Shown one piece after another: positions 42,930 to 52,352 of a DNA stretch of 64,000 nucleotides (within the stretch, counting starts at the first letter, position 1; every line of letters begins with the position of its first letter). The DNA is from Acholeplasmataceae bacterium (lineage in GTDB: Bacteria; Bacillota_I; Bacilli_A; Acholeplasmatales; Acholeplasmataceae): contig OY775910.1 in assembly GCA_963675245.1 (NCBI GenBank), positions 800,001-864,000 on the forward strand, given 5' to 3'. The notes beneath the pieces were generated by a model. That model worked only from the letters and a program-made list of their open reading frames with translations. It ran no database searches and had not been told where the DNA came from. Position numbers and translations under genes: made by a program.

Positions 42930-43907
42930 ATGGCAGTTATTAATTTGTTAAAAGCTATCAATGAAGCACTTGACCTCAAATTAGCAGATGATCCTACAGT
43001 CGTCGTTTTTGGTGAAGATACCGGCTTTGAAGGTGGTGTTTTCCGTGTGACTGCAGGTCTACAAAAGAAATATGGTGAAGATCGTGTATTTGATACGCCA
43101 ATCGCTGAAGCAGCGATTACAGGTAGCGCGATTGGAATGGCTATTAACGGTTTAAAGCCGGTTGCTGAAATCCAATTTGATGGATTCGTATTCCCGGGGT
43201 ATACTGAAATTGTCACCCACATGGCGAGATATAGAAATCGTTCTCGTGGTCGTTATGGATTACCGATCGTTGTCAGATTCCCTGTTGGTGGTGGCATTAG
43301 AGCATTAGAACACCACTCAGAATCTATTGAAACATTATTGGGACATATTCCGGGATTAAAAGTTGTTTTCCCTTCAACACCATATGATGCGAAAGGGTTA
43401 ATGATCTCAGCGATTGAAGATCCAGATCCAGTCATTTTCATGGAACCAAAACGTATCTATCGTTCAGGTAAACAAGAAGTACCTGCAGGGATGTATCGTA
43501 TTCCAATCGGTAAAGCAAAAGTCGTTCAAAAAGGTGATGACATTACAGTCGTTGCTTGGGGTGCGATGATGCGTGAAGCCGAAAAAGCGATTAAGCTTTT
43601 AGAGGGAGATGGGATCAGCGTTGAATTAATTGATCTTAGAACAATTAGTCCAATTGACGAAGAAACCATTATTGAATCAGTGAAGAAGACCGGACGTTTC
43701 TTAGTCGTTCAAGAAGCGGTCAAGACGTATGGTCCAGGCGCTGAACTCATTTCTCTTGTAAATGAAAAAGCATTCTTGCATCTAGAAGCTGCACCAGCAC
43801 GTGTTACTGGATTTGATATTACGGTTCCACTCGCACGTGGTGAAATGTATCATTTTGTGCAACCAGAAAGGATTGCGGCTGAAATCAAAAAAGTCGTAAA
43901 CTTTTAG
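42930..43907 (+). CDS. pdhB: Pyruvate dehydrogenase E1 beta
   Basis: GED, GGVFRVT, DTPIAE, EHHSE. Confidence 0.93.
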   Translation: MAVINLLKAINEALDLKLADDPTVVVFGEDTGFEGGVFRVTAGLQKKYGEDRVFDTPIAEAAITGSAIGMAINGLKPVAEIQFDGFVFPGYTEIVTHMARYRNRSRGRYGLPIVVRFPVGGGIRALEHHSESIETLLGHIPGLKVVFPSTPYDAKGLMISAIEDPDPVIFMEPKRIYRSGKQEVPAGMYRIPIGKAKVVQKGDDITVVAWGAMMREAEKAIKLLEGDGISVELIDLRTISPIDEETIIESVKKTGRFLVVQEAVKTYGPGAELISLVNEKAFLHLEAAPARVTGFDITVPLARGEMYHFVQPERIAAEIKKVVNF

Positions 43908-43918
43908 GGGGTAATGTT

Positions 43919-45502
43919 ATGTATGAATTTAAATTTGCGGATATCGGTGAAGGTATCCATGAAGGTAATATCTTAGAATGGAAATTCAAAGAAGGCGACG
44001 CTGTCAATGAAGGCGATACATTAGTGATCGTTGAAACAGATAAGGTCAATGCAGAAATTCCATCACCAGTCAACGGTAAGGTCCACCAAATCAATTTTAA
44101 GGTTGGAGAAACGGTTCATGTTGGTGAAGTGCTTGTCGTATTAGATGACGGTACTGCTGAACCAGCACCAAAGAAAGAACCACAAAAAGAAGTATCTAAA
44201 AAAGAAGAACCTAAAAAAGAATCTAAAGCACCAGAAGTCACGGGTGGATTTGAGTTTAAGTTTGCTGACATTGGTGAAGGGATTCATGAGGGTAATATTT
44301 TAGAGTGGAAATATAAGGAAGGTGACGATGTTAAAGAAGGCGAAACATTAGTCATCGTTGAAACAGATAAAGTCAATGCTGAACTTCCATCACCAGTTGA
44401 GGGTAAGATTTCTAAAATTAATTTTAAAGCTGGTGAAACCGTTCATGTCGGTGAAGTATTAGTCGTTATCGGTGGTAATGCTAAACCACAAGAAGAGAAA
44501 GCACCATTAAGCGAAGGCGATGATGAAAAAGCAGCAGGCGTTATTGGTGAAATCGAAGTTTCCCATGATGTGATGGCTTCGAGCACAGAACATGAAGAAG
44601 AAAAACCTACAAAAAAATCAATGGGTAAGGTGTTAGCTACACCAGTCGCTAGAAAATTAGCAAAAGATTTAGGTGTTGACATTCAAACCGTTAAAGGTAC
44701 GGGTGAGAATGGTCGCGTCATGAAAGATGACATCAAAAAAGCAGCTAATAAACCTCAAGGGGCAACACATGTCAGTTCACCTAAAGTGAGTGTATCAACA
44801 CAAGGTGATGTTGAACTTGTGAAGATCACAAACCTTAGAAAAGCTATTGTTAAAGCTATGACGTTATCTAAACAAGTCATTCCTCATACGGTTTTACTTG
44901 ATGAAGTCAACGTCGATAAATTAGTTGATTTAAGAAAACAAGTGAAAGCACAAGCGGCTGCACAAGACATCAAGTTAACATATATGGCATTCATTATGAA
45001 GGCTGTTGTTTTAGCTCTTCAAAAATTCCCTTGGTTTAACGCAAGCTTTGACCAAGAAAACGAACAAATGGTATTAAAGAAATTCTATAACATTGGTATG
45101 GCGGTTGATACACCTGATGGTTTAATCGTTCCTAATATTAAAGATGCCAATCAAAAGAGCATCTTAGAATTAGCGAAAGACATTCAAACTGTTGGTGATT
45201 TAACTAAATCAAGAAAGATTCAACTCTCTGCGTTACAGAATTCAACCTTTAGTATAACGAACTTTGGTGCTGCAGGTATCGCTGCAGGTACTCCAATCAT
45301 TAATCATCCAGAAGTTGGTATTCTAGGTGTTGGTAAGATTGAGCAAAAAGCTGTTGTTATTGATGGCGAAATTAAAGCTGCTTACACCCTACCATTATCA
45401 TTAGCAGTCGATCACCGTGTGATTGATGGCGCTGATGCTGGAAGATTCTTAAACTATCTCAAGACGTTGCTTAGTGATCCGCTCTTGTTATTGTTAAATT
45501 GA
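43919..45502 (+). CDS. pdhC: Dihydrolipoamide acetyltransferase E2 with two lipoyl domains
   Basis: Duplicated FKFADIGEG...ETDKV; ATPVARKLA; DHRVIDG. Confidence 0.94.
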   Translation: MYEFKFADIGEGIHEGNILEWKFKEGDAVNEGDTLVIVETDKVNAEIPSPVNGKVHQINFKVGETVHVGEVLVVLDDGTAEPAPKKEPQKEVSKKEEPKKESKAPEVTGGFEFKFADIGEGIHEGNILEWKYKEGDDVKEGETLVIVETDKVNAELPSPVEGKISKINFKAGETVHVGEVLVVIGGNAKPQEEKAPLSEGDDEKAAGVIGEIEVSHDVMASSTEHEEEKPTKKSMGKVLATPVARKLAKDLGVDIQTVKGTGENGRVMKDDIKKAANKPQGATHVSSPKVSVSTQGDVELVKITNLRKAIVKAMTLSKQVIPHTVLLDEVNVDKLVDLRKQVKAQAAAQDIKLTYMAFIMKAVVLALQKFPWFNASFDQENEQMVLKKFYNIGMAVDTPDGLIVPNIKDANQKSILELAKDIQTVGDLTKSRKIQLSALQNSTFSITNFGAAGIAAGTPIINHPEVGILGVGKIEQKAVVIDGEIKAAYTLPLSLAVDHRVIDGADAGRFLNYLKTLLSDPLLLLLN

Positions 45503-45633
45503 GGTGACTAACTATTAAAAGTCAAGTACTTTTAGTAGATAAACTGTAAAAACCTCCAATAGCCATAATTTTTAGAGGTTAGCCATATAACTGGATGATT
45601 TTATGACTTAACCGCCACAGTTTAAGTAATCAA

Positions 45634-46794
45634 TTATTGTAGTTTAGAGGAATCAAAATCTTCCTGATGTGTTTCGAGATGATGAATGACTCTAATGAGT
45701 TTTTTTGAAAGATGAACCAGTGCGACACGATGATGTTTACCCTCTTGTTTCTTCTTGGTGTAGTAGTCGTAGAAGACGGGGTTATAGATCATAACCATCA
45801 TTGAGATATTGATGAGTGTTGCTCTTAGGTACTTGCTGCCACGTTTAACCAGTTTACCTGTTGAAGACATGGTGCCAGACTGTCTGATGGTTGAATCCAG
45901 ACCTGCATAGGATAACATTTCAGCGGGATTGGAGAAAAGTGAAATATCACCATATTCTGAAACGATGACAGCTGCTGAAATGATTCCGATACCTTTAATG
46001 GTTTGAATCTTAGTTGGATATCGATGCATTAAAGAAATGATCTGTTTCTCAGTTTCTTCGATATCTTGATTGAGTTTCTCAACATAAGAAATTGAAGTCT
46101 TAAGTTTGAATAGTTGATGATCTTGTGTCACACCAATGGTTGATTTTGCGAGTTCCTTCAGTTTAACAAACTTCGGATAATTGAATTTACCCATCGATCG
46201 TTTACGAAGCTTATCGAAGTGGTCATCAGTCATCCTTGCTATTTTATCCGGTGATGAAAAGCGCTTCAAGATGTATAAAGATGTATCACTATAGCCTTGT
46301 TCTTGCATAAAAGGTTTGAATTCAGGAAAGATGACATCTAAGACCTTGGTCATCATATTGTAGTGTTTCGTCCGAATTGAGATGAGTTTAAAACGTAACC
46401 TGGTCAGTGATTTTAAAGCACTTATATGATAAGATTGATGATGATAGGCTTTGTAGTCTACAGATCTCATATAAGTTGAAATCATTTGTGCATCTTTCTT
46501 ATCCGTCTTTGTTTTTCTCAGTGAATGGGCTTCTCCAAACTTCTTCACGAGAAAAGGATTAATCTCCATGAATGAATATCCATGGAGGATAAGAAATGAC
46601 TTAAGGTTTTCTCCATAATGACCTGTGGCCTCTAAGCCTATTATCATTTCTTGCTTGACTAAAGAGTTAAAGTATCCTAATAGTTCTTTAAACCCAGACT
46701 GACTGTTCTCAAATGAGAACTGATGGCTAACTGTTTCGGTGGCGATGAAACAGTCATGCTTGTACTTTGAAATATCGATGCCGATATAGATCAT
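45634..46794 (-). CDS. IS110 DEDD recombinase/transposase
   Basis: GIDISK, LEATGHY, KTDKKDA (RuvC-like DEDD); YAGL...QSG Tnp domain; GGAGGT RBS. Confidence 0.95.
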   Translation of the reverse strand: MIYIGIDISKYKHDCFIATETVSHQFSFENSQSGFKELLGYFNSLVKQEMIIGLEATGHYGENLKSFLILHGYSFMEINPFLVKKFGEAHSLRKTKTDKKDAQMISTYMRSVDYKAYHHQSYHISALKSLTRLRFKLISIRTKHYNMMTKVLDVIFPEFKPFMQEQGYSDTSLYILKRFSSPDKIARMTDDHFDKLRKRSMGKFNYPKFVKLKELAKSTIGVTQDHQLFKLKTSISYVEKLNQDIEETEKQIISLMHRYPTKIQTIKGIGIISAAVIVSEYGDISLFSNPAEMLSYAGLDSTIRQSGTMSSTGKLVKRGSKYLRATLINISMMVMIYNPVFYDYYTKKKQEGKHHRVALVHLSKKLIRVIHHLETHQEDFDSSKLQ

Positions 46795-46819
46795 AAGTAC
46801 ACCTCCAAGAATTAAATTT

Positions 46820-47040
46820 GTACGTGTGGTAAGTCCAGCAGCGTCTTTATCTCATAATCATGTAAAAAGCGTCTTCCGCTAACTAACTATTGCTGATTAA
46901 AATAAAGACCGTGGTAAGCGTCACCTCAAAATAGTCTAGGTTATAAAAATATGACACAGATCCACAGTACATTATTAGTATATTAAATTAGAACGAAAGG
47001 AGTAAAGATTTAAAGACTTAAGTAACTAACTTAATACACT
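46820..47040 (-). ncRNA. Putative IS110 bridge RNA (target-binding loop ~46909-46967, donor-binding loop ~46843-46909)
   Basis: Four guide segments match the flanking target and the IS ends, enclosed by stems CTGTGG/CCACGG and GTCTTTAT/ATAAAGAC; boundaries approximate. Confidence 0.8.
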
Positions 47041-47059
47041 TTAAATCTTACATGATTAT

Positions 47060-48430
47060 ATGGCAACTTATGATGTATTAATATTAGGTGGCGGTCCAGG
47101 TGGTTATGTCGCCGCGATTAAAGCTGCTCAAAATGGATTAAAAACAGCACTGATTGAAAAAGAAGTAGTTGGAGGTATATGTTTAAATCACGGATGTATC
47201 CCAACAAAAGCATTATTGAAAAGTGCTAAAGTATATAAACAATTTAAACACGCGTCTGATTATGGTATCACGCTAAAAGGTGAGGTTGATTATGATTGGA
47301 CGAGTATGCTTAAAAGAAAAGATAAAGTCGTTAAGCAACTAACAGGCGGTGTTGCGGGATTACTTAAGAAGAATGGTGTTGATGTTTTTAACGGTTTTGG
47401 TGAAGTAGTATCTTCAACGAAAGTTAAGGTTAATGATCAAACACTTGAAACAAAAAATCTCATATTAGCAACAGGTGCCTCACCTGTCATTCCACCCATC
47501 CCTGGATTAAAAGAAGCATATGTAAAAGGGGTTGTTGTAACATCAAGAGAATTACTCCAAATTAAAGAAGCACCAACATCACTTGTCATTATTGGCGGTG
47601 GTGTCATTGGCGTAGAATTCGCAACCATCTTTAATGCACTTGGTTCTAAAATTACAATTATTGAAATGCAACCTGGCATTCTTCCACCAATGGATGATGC
47701 GATACGCACGCAATATACAAAACTTCTTAAAAAAGAAGGCATTGAGATTTTAACAAGTGCTGAAGTGAAAAAGGTTGATGATGGTACAGTTTATTATGAA
47801 CTCGATGGTAAACAACATCAAATCACAGGTGATACGGTCTTAGTCGCGGTTGGTATGCGTGCTAATTCTAAAGGTCTTGAGACGTTAAATCTTAAGATGA
47901 ACCGTGCAGCTGTAGACACAAACGATAAGCTTGAAACAAGTGTACCTCATGTGTACGCAATAGGTGATTTGAATGGGAAGTATATGCTCGCACATGTGGC
48001 ATCTCATGAAGGTGTGATCGCGATTGAAAATATTCTTGGACACGATAAGTCTATGAATTATGATCGCGTGCCTAACGCTGTTTATGGCTCACCAGAAATC
48101 GCGATGATTGGTAAAACCGAACGTGAACTAAAAGAACAAAATATTCCTTATAAAGCATCAACGTTCCCACTTATTGGTAATGGTAAATCTTTAGCAGACG
48201 GACAAAGCGAAGGGTTTATTAAATTATTAGTCAGTGAAAAGTATAAAGAAATATTAGGTGCACACATCTTGGCGTATAACGCATCTGATTTGATTGCTGA
48301 ATTAGGTGTTACGATGGAACTTGAAGGTACTGCTTATGAAATAGCGAATACCATTCACCCACACCCAACGCTATCAGAAATTGTGATGGAAGCGGCAGAA
48401 GGCGCAATCGGTAAACCTATTCATATTTAA
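47060..48430 (+). CDS. pdhD: Dihydrolipoamide dehydrogenase E3
   Basis: GGGPGGY, GGICLNHGCIPTK, GGGVIG.E, HPHPTLSE. Confidence 0.95.
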   Translation: MATYDVLILGGGPGGYVAAIKAAQNGLKTALIEKEVVGGICLNHGCIPTKALLKSAKVYKQFKHASDYGITLKGEVDYDWTSMLKRKDKVVKQLTGGVAGLLKKNGVDVFNGFGEVVSSTKVKVNDQTLETKNLILATGASPVIPPIPGLKEAYVKGVVVTSRELLQIKEAPTSLVIIGGGVIGVEFATIFNALGSKITIIEMQPGILPPMDDAIRTQYTKLLKKEGIEILTSAEVKKVDDGTVYYELDGKQHQITGDTVLVAVGMRANSKGLETLNLKMNRAAVDTNDKLETSVPHVYAIGDLNGKYMLAHVASHEGVIAIENILGHDKSMNYDRVPNAVYGSPEIAMIGKTERELKEQNIPYKASTFPLIGNGKSLADGQSEGFIKLLVSEKYKEILGAHILAYNASDLIAELGVTMELEGTAYEIANTIHPHPTLSEIVMEAAEGAIGKPIHI

Positions 48431-48465
48431 GAAAAAGGTTCCAGAGCATCTGGAACTTTTTCTTT
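48431..48465 (+). terminator. Terminator of pdh operon
   Basis: GTTCCAGA-GCA-TCTGGAAC hairpin plus T run. Confidence 0.8.
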
Positions 48466-48511
48466 ATGTTTGAGTGTCAACATGCTAAAATATGTCTAGA
48501 GGTGGGGAAAA

Positions 48512-49411
48512 TTGAAATATTTACTGATGTATAATCCAGTGAGTGGTCGACAAATTTTCAAAAAGAGATTACCAATGATTCAACGCTTTTTTGATAAAAC
48601 CGATCATGAATTAGATATTTACGAATCAAAAAAAGAAAACGACTTGATGCATAAAGCAGAAATTGTTGCGCCAGATTATGACGTGTTTTTAGTTGCTGGT
48701 GGCGATGGTACTGTTAATGAAGTCATCAATGGCATGATGAAAGCAGATAAAAAACCAACACTAGGTATTCTACCTTGTGGTACAGCAAATGACACAGCTG
48801 CAATGCTTGGCATACCTAGAAATATAAAACGTGCCTTAAAGATGTTTATGTCACATCAATCTGTATTAATTGATATTAATCAGATGAATGATCGTTATTT
48901 TATCTATACAGCAGCAAGCGGTATTCTATCTAGAATCAGTTATGATATCTCAAGAAGACATCTTAGAAAATATGGCTATCTCGCCTACGTGATAGAGGCA
49001 ATGAAGGACTTAACAATTGATTATCGATATCCTTTATCGATTACTTTTAACGGTGAAACCATAGATATTGAAGGCATGATGGTATTAGGTTTGGCATCTA
49101 TTCGCGTTGGTGGTGTATGGCTATTTAACTTTAGTACTTCTAAATTAAATGACGGCTTATTTGAATTAAGAATCTTTGAAAGACAAAGAAATTTTAGAAT
49201 ATTTAGATTAGTATACTTCTTTATTAGAGGTGGTGCTAAGTTAAAAGAAGACTATCATTTGGTCTCTAATGAATTTGATATTAAAACGAATGAAGATGTG
49301 AAATGGAACGCAGATGGTGAGTATTCGATGCAGGGATCTGTACATATTAAAGTTCATCAAGAAGCTATTCCGATTTACGTTTCTAAACGTGTCAAGAAGA
49401 GATTCTTTTAG
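48512..49411 (+). CDS. Diacylglycerol/lipid kinase family protein
   Basis: YNPVSG, GGDGTVNE, PCGTAND, ADGE; TTG start. Confidence 0.88.
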   Translation: MKYLLMYNPVSGRQIFKKRLPMIQRFFDKTDHELDIYESKKENDLMHKAEIVAPDYDVFLVAGGDGTVNEVINGMMKADKKPTLGILPCGTANDTAAMLGIPRNIKRALKMFMSHQSVLIDINQMNDRYFIYTAASGILSRISYDISRRHLRKYGYLAYVIEAMKDLTIDYRYPLSITFNGETIDIEGMMVLGLASIRVGGVWLFNFSTSKLNDGLFELRIFERQRNFRIFRLVYFFIRGGAKLKEDYHLVSNEFDIKTNEDVKWNADGEYSMQGSVHIKVHQEAIPIYVSKRVKKRFF

Positions 49412-49463
49412 TAGATATATGTAGTAGCAAATTAATGATTGACATGCTATAATATCAATGCGT

Positions 49464-49539
49464 GCCGAAATAGCTCAGGTGGTAGAGCAGCTGTCTCGTA
49501 ATCAGCAGGTCGTAGGTTCGAGTCCTATTTTCGGCACCA
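49464..49539 (+). tRNA. tRNA-Thr (anticodon CGT)
   Basis: 76-nt cloverleaf GCCGAAA/TTTCGGC, TAGCTCAG..GGTAGAGC, CT-CGT-AA loop, GGTTCGAGTCC, encoded CCA; TGCTATAAT promoter upstream. Confidence 0.95.
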
Positions 49540-49613
49540 TAAACTAAATTTATTATTTCTTAGAAGTTCATATACAATTGTAAAAAAAGTCAACCATAAA
49601 GGTTGATTTTTGT
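49526..49613 (+). repeat. att-like repeat copy 1 (tRNA 3' end, arm and terminator)
   Basis: TATTTTCGGCACCATAA + GAAGTTCATATA + AAAAGTCAACC/GGTTGATTTT. Confidence 0.85.
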
Positions 49614-49851
49614 CTTAGTAAAGCCAGTGTATATTAGAAAAATTAATCAGTACAAAAACTAAACATATGGAAGTTCAATTAGTGGGTTTAAAATGTGTCG
49701 TAGGATAGATGAAAGACATTATATTTCTACTATTGTATGATTTAATGAATATACATTTGTTTAGTTTTTTCATTGAATGTTTTTGAGACCTATGAATTTC
49801 TAGTCTTCCAGTGATATAATTAAAATAAATACGACTTATTGGGGGATCTGA

Positions 49852-51183
49852 ATGACAGAAATTGCTTTTTTAAATGTAATTGAAAAAATTAAAAACAAAG
49901 TAATAACATATGAGAATTTTTTTAATGACGAAGATTGGAACACGTATACAGAAATTTTTGCCAAAAAGTTAAAAGATTACGAGTATTATATATTTGATGG
50001 AAGATTCGAAGATGAGCTATACAGATATACATTAGCATTAAGTAATCAAAATCTAAATGAGATAATTTTAGAAACTTTAGTAAAAGATTTCTCAGTTATA
50101 CTGAAAGAAATATACACTGTAACAAATGTTATTGTTTTGCCTTTAAACCATCTGAATATAGAATATCTTGGTCTAGAAGTACTACTTGATGAAAATATTC
50201 GTGTGTTTTCTATGGTTGAATCACAAAAAGATATAAAAAATGATAAAACATTTATATCAAAATATATTGAACAAGAATTAAATGACAGACTGAATGCACA
50301 TCATATACTTGTTACTAAAGATCCATATTTTTTTAATTATCCTATCATGACTATAAAAATTCGACATGTTGATTATAGAGTTATACATGAATCTCCTAAA
50401 ATTGTTGAGTCAGTTTATGGATTAATGAGATTAATGGATATGTTTTCAAGTAGAGAGCCAACAGATTGCGGTTGGGGTGTAAAACATAGGGATAGAAAGC
50501 AAGAAGCTTACACTTATACAGTATATTACAACTTACATAAAACCAGTAATGAAGAAGGGCTTTATGGGTATTCATTTAGGTTTAAATTTTCACCTATACT
50601 AGATATTAACACAAAAGAATTAATTGAACATAAAGATAGATTCACTGTTTTATTGAATCAAGTAATCGATTTTACATTTCTTAGTGAAAATTCTACAGAT
50701 AAAAAAGAGTATCAAATTAAGAAAAAATGGGTAAATGCCATACTATTATTTAACACTGCTTATGAGTTTGCTTCAATAGGAAAATATGATTCAGCGCTAG
50801 TATTGTTTATAATAATCATAGAATCACTTATGTTTCAAATCGATGAATACAATACGAAAAAAGATTTAATTAACAAATTATGCAAGTATTTTTCAGGGAA
50901 TGAAGTTCAGAGTATTGACATAAAAAAAACAATATTAGATATTTATGAGTATAGAAGATTTTTTGTCCATCAAGGCGTAGGATTAGAAAGATTCACGACT
51001 TATAGAAGTCTTCATGATAGGGAAGGTATTGTAAAGGGTCAAAAGCCTTTTATTTATTCAATGGGATATCCTATGCCAGAAAAAGAATTTAATAATTATA
51101 TAAATTTCATTAAATTAATACAAATAATGCTAACAAATCCCATAGAAAAATTGCTAATAGACAATAAAGTTTCAGTTAAGTAG
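49852..51183 (+). CDS. Putative ApeA-like HEPN-domain defence protein
   Basis: C-terminal IESLM...IYEYRRFFVHQG (R-x4-H in Apea/HEPN-like context); AT-rich; first gene after the tRNA. Confidence 0.6.
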   Translation: MTEIAFLNVIEKIKNKVITYENFFNDEDWNTYTEIFAKKLKDYEYYIFDGRFEDELYRYTLALSNQNLNEIILETLVKDFSVILKEIYTVTNVIVLPLNHLNIEYLGLEVLLDENIRVFSMVESQKDIKNDKTFISKYIEQELNDRLNAHHILVTKDPYFFNYPIMTIKIRHVDYRVIHESPKIVESVYGLMRLMDMFSSREPTDCGWGVKHRDRKQEAYTYTVYYNLHKTSNEEGLYGYSFRFKFSPILDINTKELIEHKDRFTVLLNQVIDFTFLSENSTDKKEYQIKKKWVNAILLFNTAYEFASIGKYDSALVLFIIIIESLMFQIDEYNTKKDLINKLCKYFSGNEVQSIDIKKTILDIYEYRRFFVHQGVGLERFTTYRSLHDREGIVKGQKPFIYSMGYPMPEKEFNNYINFIKLIQIMLTNPIEKLLIDNKVSVK

Positions 51184-51431
51184 AGTAAATATTTAATCTA
51201 TTCGACACCTATTTTTTAAATTAGTTATTGTTATCTATAATCAAGTTAAATACACACATATAACATATATAAATTAGTGTAGTGCAATCAAAATTTAATG
51301 TAAAAAAGAGATAAAGTAAATGTAGAGCACAACATTTCATTAGAATACAACGAAGTAATGATATAATAAAATAAAACAACGATTATTTATACAGATTATA
51401 TATAAAACTGTATAAAATTAGGGAGGAAAAT

Positions 51432-52352
51432 ATGAGTATAAGTTTGAGTCAAATATATGACGAAATAAAAGTTGGATTGAAGCAAGACGATAAAGAAAGC
51501 AAAATACTTCGATCAAAGCAAGAAAAAATAAGAGAGATTCTTAGCAAGAAATCAGCGATTTATGAGAACGAAATGTTGGAACTTTCAGAATCAAACATGT
51601 TTATCCAAGGTAGTTATGGAATCGATACGGCAATTAAACATCCACTATATGATGTGGATGCAGATTTAGGATTGATAGTTGCTAATGAATATAACTTTGA
51701 TTTAAGAAGAAGAATATTCAATCAACTAAATAAAGAGTTAACATTACAAAAGGCTATCGTCAAGCTAAAAAAACCTTGCATTAATATTGATTTTAAAGAT
51801 GGTTATAATGTTGATGTAGCTATTTACGTAAAAAAAGGAAGCAATCTATATTTTAGAAATTCTATCAACGGAACAGAAACAGAAATTTTAGCTAAGCCAA
51901 TAGAATTAGTCACAGATTTTAAAGAAAGATTAGCAATAGATACACATAAACGAAAAATCATCAGACTTTTAAAACATTTTAATAATATAGCTAAAGATAA
52001 GTTATCAATAAGCGAAAAGAATTATATTCCTAGTATTTCGTTTACTATTTTTATTTTAAATCAAAATATTCAATCAGGGAACTTAGATGATATGATGTTA
52101 GAAAGTATACAAAAATTCAAAAAATTTGTTTTACTTAACACATATAATGGTCCTAAATATGATAGATTTTTAGTTGGCAATACATTCTACAAAGTTAATA
52201 ATATTAGCGAAGTTCACAAAGCAATTGACTATATCAAACTTAATTTAGAAAATAAACACTATTCTCAATTAACTTCAGATAGAATTATTGAAAACATAAA
52301 CAAAAAAAACGCTAAGGTAAATACATCATTAGTTGGTACTTTAGGTGATTAG
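51432..52352 (+). CDS. CBASS cyclic oligonucleotide synthase (CD-NTase)
   Basis: FIQGSY...DVDAD, KPCINI, YNVDVAIY, IRLLK motifs; operon with E2-E1, JAB and SAVED. Confidence 0.88.
   Translation: MSISLSQIYDEIKVGLKQDDKESKILRSKQEKIREILSKKSAIYENEMLELSESNMFIQGSYGIDTAIKHPLYDVDADLGLIVANEYNFDLRRRIFNQLNKELTLQKAIVKLKKPCINIDFKDGYNVDVAIYVKKGSNLYFRNSINGTETEILAKPIELVTDFKERLAIDTHKRKIIRLLKHFNNIAKDKLSISEKNYIPSISFTIFILNQNIQSGNLDDMMLESIQKFKKFVLLNTYNGPKYDRFLVGNTFYKVNNISEVHKAIDYIKLNLENKHYSQLTSDRIIENINKKNAKVNTSLVGTLGD

Larger units (their letters stand above)
45509..47058 (-). mobile_element. IS110-family insertion sequence between the RBS and ATG of pdhD
   Basis: TA core at 45509-45510 and 47057-47058; removal reconstitutes GAGGTGACTATATG; no terminal inverted repeats. 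Confidence 0.88.

Noticed and set aside
43919..44470. Internal duplication in pdhC
   Set aside because: Two lipoyl domains are a known E2 architecture.
45509..47058. Terminal inverted repeats or a long target duplication for the IS110
   Set aside because: None present; the apparent repeats are internal guide segments, and only the TA core is duplicated.
51182..51222. Fourth att copy listed as a firm feature
   Set aside because: Only an 8/9 core match plus weak flanks; kept as tentative within the array finding.
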